Below, one piece after another: positions 50,101 through 63,260 of a stretch of 64,000 bases of DNA. How positions within the stretch are numbered: the first letter of the stretch is position 1; every line of letters starts with the position of its first letter. Below the pieces are notes generated by a model. That model made no database searches. It was not told the DNA's origin and was given only the letters and a program-made list of their open reading frames with translations. Origin of the DNA: Geosiphon pyriformis uo1 (lineage: Eukaryota; Fungi; Glomeromycota); the NCBI GenBank assembly GCA_016748015.1, contig JAAOMT010000239.1:220356-284355 (forward strand), read 5' to 3'. A program made the translations under genes and the position numbers.

Positions 50101-52909
50101 AAACAAACATTGAAAAATTCATTTGATAAAAGTAATATTTGTCTGATTACTTTTTTTGAAAAAAATTTAGCCGACGATTATGTTCCACATGCAAAATAAA
50201 ATAAAATATTTTGGTCTCAAAATCGCAAAATACGTCAAGTTTATACCAAGAAAATATTGGGAGAGACAAATTATTTTACTTAAAATAACAAAAACTAGAC
50301 CATTTTATAAGGCCTCATATAAACAATAAAAATAAACATTCCGAATTAATGTTTTAATTTTGAAAATATTTGAATGCTTTATTAATTAATTTTTTTTTTG
50401 AAGATTTATAGCTTCCAAATATGTATCTAATATTGATTATATTTTTTGTAGATTTCCAAATTTAGAAACTGGTTGGGAATCAGTTTTTTACAATATTTCG
50501 TAGTGTTATGTACAGTTTCAGAGTGATAGTCTAATTTGTTTTAATTTTATTTCCTGTGTTGATGAATTCAAAAGATTCAAAAAAAACTCGGTTTAAAATG
50601 GTTTTCCAAAGGGTGATGTTGTAATTGTATAATCTGTATTTTATTAAATAATATGTAAAATATCTTGCTCATTTTTATTTTCAAAAGATTGATACTTTAA
50701 TCAAAAACATGAAAACAAAATTTTTAAACCATAAGAAACCACTCTATCGATTACTAAGAAATGCCTTTTATCTGCAGGATCACAACATTTTTTAAATTAT
50801 TTTGAAGAATAACTTTTTTAAGAAATCTTTTCGACTAGATTGAATCATATAATAATTAATTCATTTTTGCCACTTTATTTAGATCTTTAATAAAATTGTC
50901 ATAATGAGTCATTGACTGGGTGTCACATTTTTATTTGAATTTTATCCTTTTCAAATGAAAAGTTGTTAATCACACTGTGACTACCTTTTAAAAGTAAAAC
51001 TCGACAACTTTTTCTTCTAGTTCCAAAGCTTTTTGTTTCTTACATACTAAAATTAACTTTACTAATTAATGAAAGTTCATCATTATCGGACCTAACAACT
51101 TTTGTCTATGCTTGCTCAATTTATGTCAGTGTTTTAACAACTTCTAAATTTCTAAATAAAAAAAAACTACCTTTAAATGAAAATGATTTCTATTTTGAAA
51201 ATGTTTCAAGAAAAGTCAAGTAGAATGTATAGAAAAATGAACAGTCCAAAGAAAAGGATAGGTCAGAACTTGGAATGTTTTATAAAATAGTTGTTTTGAG
51301 ACCGTGTCAAAAAAAAAACTTTTTTCTATTAAAATTTTGTTTTCTCTTACTTGATATTTGAATCTGACAATTTAAATGCTTTCTAGAATTGTTTTCTACT
51401 TGCATTACGTAGCGAGTTTTACCTATCATACAACTTGATAGAATTCTAAAAGACTCTTGAAATTTGATTTATATGGTTAGAAATTTTCTGATTTAAACTA
51501 AACTTTTATTTATTTTAAAAATTTTCGATTCAGCCGCCTAATGAAAACTTTATTTCATTTTTAATTGTTTTGTAATTTTTAAAATGAGATTAGGGAAAAG
51601 CTGTTGAAAAACTAGACAGCCTCATCGATTAACACTTCGCTTGATAGAATCATTATTAAATGATTAAATTTCAATTTGAGAATACCCTCGAAACCCCATT
51701 GGGAAAGTCATTTTTTTTTATGGTTAATTGGATTCGCATTTTTTGCAATTTTTTTTGAATGTCAAAACATAAGATTTAAAATTGTGTAATCAATTTTTTG
51801 AAATCTTTATCTTGAATCTATATCGAAGTAGAATATAAGGTTGAACTTTAATAGTTAGAGGATATCTAGAATCACCCATATCAGATTTAGGAAAAGAGAC
51901 CAGAACAAAATAATTCTAATCATGTAACCATAATAAAAATATTGTTTCGATCGATCCAAAACATCTACATCGCTCTAAGACTTATGTGATTTCTAGATTT
52001 AGTATTATTTTCTTCAATGAAAAAACGGTTTTTTTTAATCTAAAAAATGAATAATTTTAATTTAATCCAAATATCAGTCTAGAAATTTGTAGAGATTTAA
52101 AACAAACAATTTCAAAAATTTGAATTCTTATAAAAAATCTTTCACATTCTTTTCTGAAAATTATATGAATTAATTTTTTTATATTCAGAATATTTCTGAC
52201 AATTTTTTTTAATCAATTTTCAACATCTTTTGGTCAATAATTACCAATTTAACCGATTGATTTAATTGGAAACAATTATTTCTCGTTATAAATTTAACTT
52301 GGCTCATACCTCTCATTTGAGGTATTGACAATCTCAGCTACAAGACTAAAGGGGTTTTTTCCTGTGAAAAGAAATTTTTTTTTGAATCAATTTATATTTT
52401 CTCTTCAAAAAAAAAAAAAGTTTTCATATGTAATTGGGATCATCTTGAATGTGATTGATTTTAATTTTTGCAATTGAATTCGACATCATTCAAATTACAA
52501 AATCTTATTTTTATATTTCCTTTCCATTAATAAAATAATCCAATAATTTCGAGCTTAAATTCTTTAAACATGAGAAAATTTTCACTTTATAACCCAATCA
52601 TCCTCTACTGAATATTGCATTTAATTAAAAATTGCTTTGAAAATTTATCTTCACAATGAAATACGGGAGAAACCTTATCGGAGAATATTTCTCAAACGAG
52701 AAAAGTTAGACCCTTGAGTGTCATATACCAAAACACCCCACTATTTAATTAGTTACTTAATTTATGATATTCGCGCACAACTCTAATTCGGTGAACAAGA
52801 TTTTTATCGACCAGCTCAAACCCAACTCTCCACAAGATTAAAAGTTTTTTTTTAAGCTTTAAGTAATGAGCAAACAGAAACTGATGATAATTTAAATCCA
52901 AATAAATAA

Positions 52910-52952
<43 letters not shown>

Positions 52953-54029
52953 TTGGAACTATCTTTTACATGAAAAAAAGTACAATAAACCGGAAAATAA
53001 ATTTTTCCCTGCATCACTACGCTTTTTTCCCTAGATTAACCAAATAAAGAAGTCGAGACAAAATTTTATTTTAAATTTTGATTGTTGATTCTTCTAGATT
53101 GTGCGGTTTCTGAACTTTTAGGGTGGTTTCTAGATATAAAATATGGGTTAACGATGTTAAATCATTATCCACTCCTTTTTGAATGCTTTTCAACTATCCC
53201 AAAAAAGTTATATTATGCATTGAGCTTGAGCAAAAAGATATATCAGCTCAAATGGATTGCATAAAAAATATTATGATTCATTATGCCTCATTAAAATAAT
53301 TACAATCATGATAAGCCTTTTTTTTTTTTAAAAAAAAAAAACTTTCTTCATGAATCTTAATCTTAATCAATTTAAGCAAAAAAAAATCTTGGAAGCCAAA
53401 CTTCTTTCATGGCTCTTAGTTATGTTGCTGCTGCTGCTGCATTTACTTATCAAAGTTGACTTCTTTAATTAGTTGTTGATTTTTTTTAATCAGTATCTAC
53501 ATGATAATACGATTGCATTCCGATTCGAAGCCTAATCTTTTCATAAGCAAAAATCAATTTTACGTTTAAAGGTAAATGAGCGCTTTTTCCCATGCTTACT
53601 TTCCAAATCGATGATCTCATTAAAAGGTGTGGAAAATATTGAGACCAGCTGACCGATAAAAATATCGATCTGTCAAAAAAATATAGGAATTTCATCGATT
53701 TCGCCCAGTCAAAATGCCGAGAAGATCGATGATAATGGAAATTGACAACCTAAATGTAAATATTTACATTTTCCTTAACGTGTAAATCGCTAATACTTAA
53801 AAAATTTAGTGTGTATATTTTGATGAATTTTGATATTAAGAAACATAAAATATTCTTCAAAGATTCTCATATTCTAAGTTCGCTCAGAAAGCAAAAATCG
53901 ACAACTTTGTGGCTTTTTATCGGAATGAAAACCCGTATCTTAACAATTTATGTCAATTGACGTTATAATGTAGAATCAATAATACATACTCTTCAAAAGA
54001 ATATTACAATGATTTTTAAATGAATAAAT

Positions 54030-54151
54030 GAATATATACATACATATATACATACATACATACATATATACATACATACATACATATATACATATATACA
54101 TACATACATACATACATACATACATACATACATACATACATACATACATAC
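54030..54151. repeat. (TACA)n/(TA)n microsatellite ~360 bp upstream of kinase E
   Basis: Direct read; source of the spurious YIHT/MYVC ORFs. Confidence 0.95.
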
Positions 54152-54512
54152 AATTGCAGACATGGAAGAGTCTTTTTTTCGATCTATTGTTTTTAGTTTA
54201 TACCCCCATTCAAAGAACAAAGTTTCCTAGTCATGAAAATAATTATTAGTGCATCAATAAATAGTTGAATTCGGCTTTAAATGGATGGTTTACTAATGTT
54301 ATTGAAAAGCTATACCTGTTAACCACCTGGTCATTATAAGGAGTTAAATTGCACTTGGAATTTTAATACAATTATATACCACGAGTTCGTCGTGATCGAC
54401 CCAATATTTTCCTCATCAATACCCAAGAAATTATATTTAACCAAGAAAAATTGTGATGAATTCCTGAAAACCTGAAAAAAAATTTTATCAAGTTTAAATT
54501 TAGATTAATCAA

Positions 54513-55149
54513 ATGTCCCCCAATTTGCGCTATGACTTAGTTTATAAGGCAGTAGAAGAAGCTCATATAGAAAATCCTGGAGAGACGAATGAACAATATG
54601 AAATACGTCTTCGTCATATTAATCGAAACATATTTTTAACCGAACAAGAAAAATCATGTGCAAAGGCTGTTTTTACAAAGAGTAAAGATCAAGAAAACCT
54701 TCTCAATCGTACAGGACAAACCTATAAATGTAATTTGTGTGGACGTGCAGGGTATACGGTGGAATTTTGTGAAAATTGCGCAAGAGATTGTCTTGAAAAA
54801 GATTTTCCATATTGGAGTTCTGGCGATGAAATTATTGATACCATGATACGAGATTCACAACTAAACCTCCCTTTACCAGGATTTTTAATTGAATGGATAG
54901 AATATAAAGATCTTAGGAATATTTCCTTTAAGACGAAAGGTAGTTGTTCATCTATTTATACCGCAACGTGGAGGAAAGGTTGTTTGGAATCATTTGACAA
55001 TGTTGGAAAAAGATTCAAAAGAAGTCGACCAAAGAGAGTGGTTTTAAAAGTTCTCAAAAGTTCAAAGTTCACAAATCAACATTTTCTTAATGAGGTTAGT
55101 GAAGATTATTTTAAAGCTTTACAGACGAGATATTAACACTATTATTAGT

Positions 55150-55206
<57 letters not shown>

Positions 55207-57325
55207 CATAATAATAATCATAATCATCATTTATGCATAACAGTTGACGACACATATAAATTTACGAGCTCATGGTTACCAAGTTGTTCATTACTACGGA
55301 GTTTCAAAAGCACCCGTGACTGATGAATACATAATTGTCATGAAGGAAATGGATCAAGATTTGAGGAGTTTTTTGAATAATGGAGCCGGATCTCTTACAT
55401 GGACCACCGTTTTCAAACTTTTCTCATGTTTAGCTCTCACCCTAAATAATATACACAAAGAAAATATAATCCATCGAGATCTTCATAGTGGTAATATTTT
55501 AGTTGGTCAAAGCGATTATTGGTTTATATCAGATTTGGGATTTTTCGGACCACCTAACAAGCCAACCACGAGTATATATGGCAATCTTCCTTATATGGCC
55601 CCAGAAATAATATGTGGCAACCCTTATACACCTGAAGCAGATATTTATTCCATGGGAATTTTAATGTATGAGGTTACATGCTCGACACCGTTTGGAAACA
55701 GACCACATAATTTCGAGCTTGCAATGGATATTGTTTTGGGTATAAGGTAATATCCATTAAATATATGAATTTAAATCGTATAAAATATATGTTATTGACA
55801 AAATTTATTCACGTTGGTTAGGCCAACTATCCTTACAAATATCCCTGAAGATTACGAGGCTTTGATGAAACGTTGTTGGGATGCAGATCCTTCAAAACGA
55901 CCAACGGCAAAATATCTTCGAAAATGGTTTTATATACATTATCAAATACGTTCAAAAGAATCTATATTAATCTTCGAGTCGGAATGCAAAAGAGAACCAA
56001 TTTCAATGACAAGTAAAAGTGCAATATATCAATTCAATGAATTACCAATACCAAGGAATGCAACCTATGGTGAATTGTGTTTTCTTTGAAATCTTTATTA
56101 ATATTTTTCATCCGTCTTTTCTTGTATTGATTATTTCTCTATTTTTTTCTTTGAATTTAGAGGAACAGCAAGGTATTTAATATATTTTTGGATTTAGAAA
56201 AGTATTCGAATTATTTATAAATCATTATGAAAACAGAATATGATTCAAGGATCCAAAACCTCGCCCTATCTGAAGGTAAATACTAAAGATATTTGGCTAA
56301 TTTCCATTTATTTTTGTACAAGATAATCGATCCAATTCTTCTAATCTTTTAGAAGCTGAAAGTCATGAAAAATCCGAACAAGGTATTTTTATTGGTAATT
56401 TTTTTACTCTCGACATCTCTAAGGCTTTAGGTTTTGAATGAAAAAAAATTCCATCAAAACTCTGAAAGATGATTCACAAAACGAGGAAATGGAAGATACC
56501 CAATCCGAAAGCAGAACCGAGTATTCAAAATCTCCTAATTTACAAGGTATTGAATATATATGTTAAATTGTTACAATTTCTTTATTTATGTCTTAATCGA
56601 TTATTCTTTATATTTTAATCGATTATTCTTTATATTTTAAAAGGTGATTTTGATAACAAAATATTCGAGTTTCCCACGAGTATTTTAATAGGTAAGAATT
56701 AATCAATTGTTTCACTAGTTTAAGTGGCTATTTCAAAAAAGTTTAATTAATTATATATTTGAATATAAGCTCCACATCGAAAATTAGCGTCGCGATCAGA
56801 ATCACAATCTCGAAGGAGCTCGATTACTGACATATCAACGAGTAATGTCTTTTATATTGTGCCCACTGAATTTTTAGATCCTTTATTCCCCCTTCTTCAA
56901 AATTGGCTGTCTAATATCTTCTCTCTTATTTCTTAGCTGTAACCTTCCGTCCATCAATTCCAAGACCTAAGACAGTTAACGTTGTAACACCCGGTAATTT
57001 CAACCGTTATTTTCAATTTGTTTCTTATTTAGGATTAGAATTCATTCAAATTAAAAATTTTTGGGTCGAAATTTTTTAGACCGTATAAATAATAAGTTAA
57101 AATCCGAAAAAATGTCTAAATTAAGGTTTCAAGGTAGTATTTTCTTTTCCAACTTTGAATTTTTATTTCAAAATCTAATGGAGCTTTAAAAAATTTTTAA
57201 AAGATCTCTTAAACCCCAGCGCAAAATTGAAAATAGGACTAATGAAGAAACCAAAATTTGGTAAAAAGGGTAATTTCTTGTGCAAAATATTCAAATATTT
57301 AAAACGAAAACCGCAACTGGATTAA
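54513..57325 (+). CDS. TKL kinase (kinase E) with long micro-exon-encoded tail; one frameshift in the tail
   Basis: Exons 54513-55094, 55244-55746, 55822-56069, 56161-56172, 56237-56275, 56353-56382, 56431-56546, 56644-56691, 56770-56841, 56937-56993, 57080-57133, 57204-57325. Motifs CNLC..CENC, HRDLHSGN, DLG, MAPE. As sequenced it stops at 56441. Confidence 0.85.
55151..55230. repeat. (AAT)n/(CAT) microsatellite in kinase E intron 1
   Basis: Direct read; explains the poly-N ORF 55090..55323. Confidence 0.95.
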
Positions 57326-57953
57326 AGTTTCTGGCAATTTAGAGTTGAATTTTCATCACATTTCTATTTCAATTTTGCTAATCTCATCTCTTTTAAAGCT
57401 TTTTTATCTTATTATTGTATTTTTAATATATAAGTTCATCTCAAAAGTTTTATATTATTTACACACGCCTAAACATAATTATTACTGCAATCCTACTACA
57501 TTGTATTATACTACTTTAATAATTCTTTAAATTTAAAAAGACTACATAGATGCCGGCCATTTAAAGTCAAAATAATAAAATATTCAAAATAACATTTTAT
57601 TATTTTGAAAGTATTAAAAGAATTTAAAAAAAAATCGATTTCCCTTGGAATAAATAAAATTTGAAAATTTATTTTTTGTTTCTTAATTTATTATTCCAAA
57701 ACTTGATATAATGTTATTTTTCATGTACAAAAAATTATCTTTGATTTGATTCATAATATTAAAGTCAAATTATTACATATATTTAATTGGAAAAAAATAT
57801 TTTAATAAATATTATAAATTTTTGAGATAATGAATTAGGCTTTGAGTCTTTTGATAAAAGCTTTAAAATAGATTTTTATTAATAATATATTTTGATTTAT
57901 AATTATGTAATATTTGATTTTAAAAATTTAATATTTTGTTAAATTTATAAACA

Positions 57954-57991
<38 letters not shown>

Positions 57992-58484
57992 TTTAAATTG
58001 TTTTACATTTATTAATTTATTATTTATAAATAAAATTTAGTAATGATCTTATATTTTATTTTAAATTATAATTAAAAATTTAATTTATCAAAATATTTCA
58101 AATTGATGAAAAAAATTTTTTGATTAAATACTAATATTATTAAAGATGTTAAATTGTGTTTTAGTATTACAATCACTTATACTTTTTGAGTACCAAGACA
58201 AATTTTATGTGTATGACTAAATAAAGTTTAAATCATAATGTTTTTGTATTTAATTAATTTTAAGCAAAGACTAATAATACCTAATAATAACAATTTTATA
58301 GTTGATAAATAAAGTTATAAAATAAATGATTATATTAATTGATTTATTAAACTATATTCAACATTAAGAAATAGTATAAATAAATAAGAATTCCACCCTT
58401 TAAATTATTTATCTTCTAAACGTCCTTTTATATAAAGTTAACCTCTTAAACTATCGTAATAGCTTATTCAATTTTATTCACAAC

Positions 58485-59904
58485 ATGGAAAACCTTGGAA
58501 TTAAAAGAACTCGTCCAGAAGTTCATGATTGCAACGAGTGCAAAAAATGTCAAAAGAGCATTAGAAAGAATGAGGATAATGAATGTGCAGCATGATTGTT
58601 CTTATTTTTTGAAAAACTTTATAAAGATTTTTCAAGTGGTGATAAATTGGTTGATGAACTATTAAAGAATCCAATCTATATTCCACCCAATATTCATGAT
58701 AAATATGATATTGGTAGAGTTAATTATTATGAATGGATTCCATGGGAGCGTCTGTCAGATATCAAAAAAATTGGGGAGGGAGGGTTTGGTATAATTTATA
58801 AAGCAACCTATATTGAAGGACTAATTGATATGTGGATTAAACCTCATGGTTCAATGGAAGATAAAAGAAGTAAATATGATGTAATTGGAAAAAAGAGGGA
58901 ATTTGCAATAAAATTTTTAATTCTTATTTATATAAATTATTAAAATTAATTTAATTTTGTGTAGTTAAATATTCATAGAACCGTGTTCATTGAGAATTAT
59001 GGACACACAGTACTTCTCACTCAAATAAGGGGAATAACACAAAACATTAAAACACTCGAGTATGGAATTGTGATGGTATTTTCCGAACATGGAGACACGC
59101 GAAAGTATTCATCAACAAATTTTCATTCTACGAGTTGGTTTTATAAATTATGGATCGCGTGGGGTATAGCTTATGAACTTAATGATATTCATAAAGCTGG
59201 TATGATTCATCGTGATCTACACTCAGGCAGCATCCTACAACATAGTAAGTATTGGAGACCTTGGATTATGTCAACCTGCAAATCATGAAACACCAATAGA
59301 AAATTCAAAAACAACAAGAGCAACAGAGGAGAAAAAGATATTTGGAGTTATTCCATACATTCCGCCAGAAGTTTTAAGAGGAGAAAAGTTTACAACGGCT
59401 GGTGATGTCTATAGTTTTGCCATGTTATTATGGGAATTGGCAACGGGAAAGCCTCCCTTTTATGATTATTCTCATGACGCCATACTTATAATGGCTATTT
59501 TAAATGGTGCTAGACCCGAGATTAACTCCCCACTTATTCCACTTTCTATCGCTGAAATAATTGAAAAGTGTTGGGATAATAATCCTGATAATCGTCCTGC
59601 TACCAGAGAAGTTGAGAGGAAATTGTGGGAACTTAAAGATAAATATAAAAATAGGTTTAAAAGATGGATATACTTTGGAAAATCAAATAAACTCCTAAGA
59701 AAATTGGTAGAAAATGACGAGATAACAATTCATCCAGGAGCAATTTATACGAGTCGTCTTTTAACTGCTCAAATGGTTAATTTTTCAACAGGTTTGTTAT
59801 TTTAATTACTATATAAATTTCAATATGAAAGAATTAATCTATTTAAAATTTTGAGAATACACATTTATTTATTTATTTTATCTATATATTTAGACAACTC
59901 TTAA
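58485..59904 (+). pseudogene. TKL kinase pseudogene (kinase F), close paralog of A/B
   Basis: TGA at 58593 replaces the fifth conserved Cys. The alphaC Glu and intron-1 donor are deleted, the catalytic loop reads HRDLHSGS (N to S), and there is a frameshift near 59245. The C-lobe and the last exon DNS* (59894-59904) are intact. Confidence 0.88.
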
Positions 59905-60289
59905 TAGATTAAATTTGCTCGTGATATAATTTTAGACGACCTTTTATTATATTTTAAATAATAAATTATATTAAAACACAAAGATTTTTATATTTATTTT
60001 AATATTTTAAAATATATTTTTTCATTTTCTTCATTATAAATGGTATTATTCTTTCACAAATGAAAAACTATATTTAAAATGAAATTTGCAAATTTGGTAT
60101 AAATTTACAACTATTTCAATTAATGTAAATTTTTGTTTTTGAAAGTTTTAAATATGAAACGTTATTTTATTTTTTAAATTTTTTCTATTTAAAATATTTA
60201 AATAAAGTTAATATTTCTTGTTAGTGATTAAAGTATACTTTGCTTTAAAAATATCTCGCTAAATGTATATTTTTTAATAAAAACAGTTC

Positions 60290-60294
<5 letters not shown>

Positions 60295-60363
<69 letters not shown>
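60295..60363. repeat. (TTA)n microsatellite (others at ~30578, 38300, 45574, 52912, 57955)
   Basis: Direct read. Confidence 0.95.
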
Positions 60364-60364
<1 letters not shown>

Positions 60365-61929
60365 TCTTAAATAAATAGCTATTTGATCATTTGTTAAAAG
60401 AACAATTTAAATTTTCTAAATCATGTTATATTAATTATAGTGTATTTTATATAATTATTTTATCAAATTAAAATAATGACACTTATATATACAAATAATT
60501 TAGGTTACTTACAATGAATTTTTATATAGTTTCAATAAAATCTGAATAAAAATTTGCAATTAATTGATAAATTATAAATTTTTAAATAAGCAGAAATGTC
60601 TATTGTAAAGCTGGAGCACCTAGTCGTAAAAGAACTTAACTGAGCGTTTTCTTTTAGCATTTCGACCGGGCAAGAATCTTGAATATTTTCATGGGAGACG
60701 TGTTTTAAAAATTATCAGTATTATAGTGTTCATTTACAAAGAATTGACATTACGATATTCTCGTAGATAAAAAAAAAAAAAGAACAGGTTTTGGGAATTG
60801 AAGTCTTGAGATATGCCTTGCTTGAAGGGAAACGATATTATGAAGTTTTGAGGTGAGTGATTTTGCAATGGTGAAAAAAAGTGAGGAAAAATTTATCACT
60901 CTTCAATGAGTGTGTGTACATGTGAACAAAAAAATGTGCATTTCGTCATTCTAACCACTAATAAATTTGCTTTTCGATTTTTTTTTTATATCACCCATAC
61001 ATTTTTGGCTAGCATTGTGGGTCTTTGCACTTCAAGATAATAAATGTTTGGAAGTTAAATTCACAATTTCAGTATTGATTAATTCCAATTATGACATTAC
61101 AAAGCGAATATCATTTTCTTTACAAGGGGCAGTACGTCATTCGGGCAGAAGACTACACAGTCATAGAGTTGTGATGGGGTATAGAAGGGAGGCAAAACGC
61201 AGTTATAACTCCTTGACATTTCCTTGGTTCATTTTAGTATAAACGTACATAGAAGTCCTGCCGTGCATTTACAAAGATGTCCTCGCCTGTTTGTCATTAT
61301 CGTACTTCTTACAGGTATAAATTTTCCTAGATATCGCTTCGCTTAGAAAATCATACTCAAACTACGTCCTTCAAGGAACTGGAACTTGAGTAAAGAAACG
61401 TTATTGATTTGGATGACTTGAAATCTTTCATATTGGAAAAATACACCTTTGATTGAAAGACGTAAACGTTGCTAATATCTTCCTCCGCCCCGCCCCCCCC
61501 CCCAATTAGAAAAACGATTTGGATGAGTCACAAGCTTATCCAATCAAAAAAAGGGGTGCATTGATCATTGTAGAGAAAGAAACAGGGGAGTTCAATTTTT
61601 TGAACAAACATAATGTATATCGTTAATGTTTAAGACTCCATATCCTCCTTTGCTTAGTGTAGCTTGATAATAATCTCTCTCTAATATTTGTTTTCCACCG
61701 CGCGTACTTTTTTAGAAAAACTCGAATATTATCCCATTCTGTCGTATCTTGCAATGTTCTTATACGCGTCTATTAACCCATTGTATTTTTGCTTGACCCT
61801 TCCAGGCTATCATATTCTGACCTACCTTTTTTTTTTACTTTACCGTCATCGTCATTAGGGCCTGTAATTATTTGGATTTCTATTTCTGACTTGCAACATC
61901 CCTGCAAGAGTTGACTCGACCCCTCAAAG

Positions 61930-62086
61930 TGGTATTCCGATCGGGTCGGGTCAAACCCGAATTTGAATCCGACCCGATCCGACCTAATCCAATAATAAAA
62001 TTTGCACATCTGACCCGAGTAAATTAATCAGGTTGCAGGTCGGCAATTTGAAAAAAATTATCCGACCCGACTTATTCGGAACACTA
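61930..62086. mobile_element. 157-bp non-autonomous hAT MITE
   Basis: Right end CGGAACACTA is identical to the large hAT end; left end is TGGTATTCCGA. Internal GACCCGA/TCGGGTC repeats. Degenerate 8-bp TSD CCTCAAAG / CGTCAAAA. Confidence 0.8.
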
Positions 62087-62229
62087 CGTCAAAAGCGGCA
62101 AAAGTTTGACTTTGCTGTAGATTCTATTTCATGCTGAGAACACGTGGCCATGATCTATCGGCACTTTTCAAATAAAGAAACGCACTAGCTTTGGTATAAT
62201 TTTGAAAACTCAGCATAATTTTGGGTGCA

Positions 62230-63260
62230 CGATACCATCGAGTTGCATTTCTATGCCGACAAGACCAAATACATCAAACAAATCGAGGACTCTAGATCAG
62301 TTCTAATGTTCAAATACTTCGACGATATCAACGAGGCGCCGTATTTCTGATCGCTGTTTAGTTCCTCATCCTCGAGTGGAATTTTTCTATGATGGAAAAG
62401 TATCTTTGTCGAATATACTTTATTGATTATTATATGCCTTATTGCGTTCGTCTGCTGCCAAAAAGGTCTTCAGATTTTAGAGAAATGAACCATAATCTCA
62501 GAGACCACATCAATTTGTCGATTGAAAAGTTCAGTTTCTATTACGCCAATCTGCGAAGATCGGTTATTAATTCAGCTAATTGCATTGCTTCCCTTGAGAC
62601 TTTTTCTTCGATTTGGAGTGTGTGGATAAAAAGTGATTCATTGATGATACAAAGAATATTCTCAGCTATTTTTTATGATAGTTAATAATCAGGTCTCCTA
62701 GGTTTACGTCTGATTGATGAATACGATACAATCATCAATGATTATCTCGACCCCGCATTCAAAGATCCTTATGTACAGCTCCGTGAAAAGGAGAGTCTTT
62801 ATAAAGCCATCTTTGCAATTTTGAAGGATCATTGCATCAAAGAAAAATGAGCGTGTTTTCATGACCGGTGAGTTCATGGATTTAATGTATTACACAACAA
62901 TCAATGCGCTCAATAACACGTCATTATTTAATATGCATCTCGAAAGGGGTGTCGCAACTCGGTTAATGATCTCAAATTTCGATTCGACATTACCCTTGTA
63001 TCATGATTCGAGAACATGTGCGGACTCACTGAGGGGATATTCGAGACGCTCTCACGCAAATATTTGCAGAAAATGAGTTCATGATTAATGAAGAGCAGCA
63101 TCATACCTTAACGAGATTCGCGAGAATTACAGCGGGTTCAAACATCGGTGTATGCGGGATAATAGAGTTTATTGCATCAGCCTGTCTGGATTGTCTACAG
63201 CGTCGGTTAGATGGTGACCCAAATGGGTGTATCAAAGCTCCAATAATGAGTTGAAAAGGA
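62230..63260 (+). pseudogene. AAA-ATPase-like (PF09820-type) pseudogene
   Basis: Motifs in order: YADKTKYI (62252), MFKYFDDIN..F..LF, LRDHINLSIEKF..YY, LIDEYDTIIN (62710), IFAILK, RVFMTG|gtgagt (62868), MCGLTE (63016), NYSGF, RVY..CLDCLQ. Many stops and frameshifts. Confidence 0.72.

Noticed and set aside
53993-54249. YIHT/MYVC repeat ORFs
   Set aside because: Translations of a (TACA)n microsatellite.
55090-55323. Poly-Asn ORF
   Set aside because: Intronic (AAT)n of kinase E.
56593-56640. 22-bp tandem duplication
   Set aside because: Simple intronic slippage with no effect on the splice sites.
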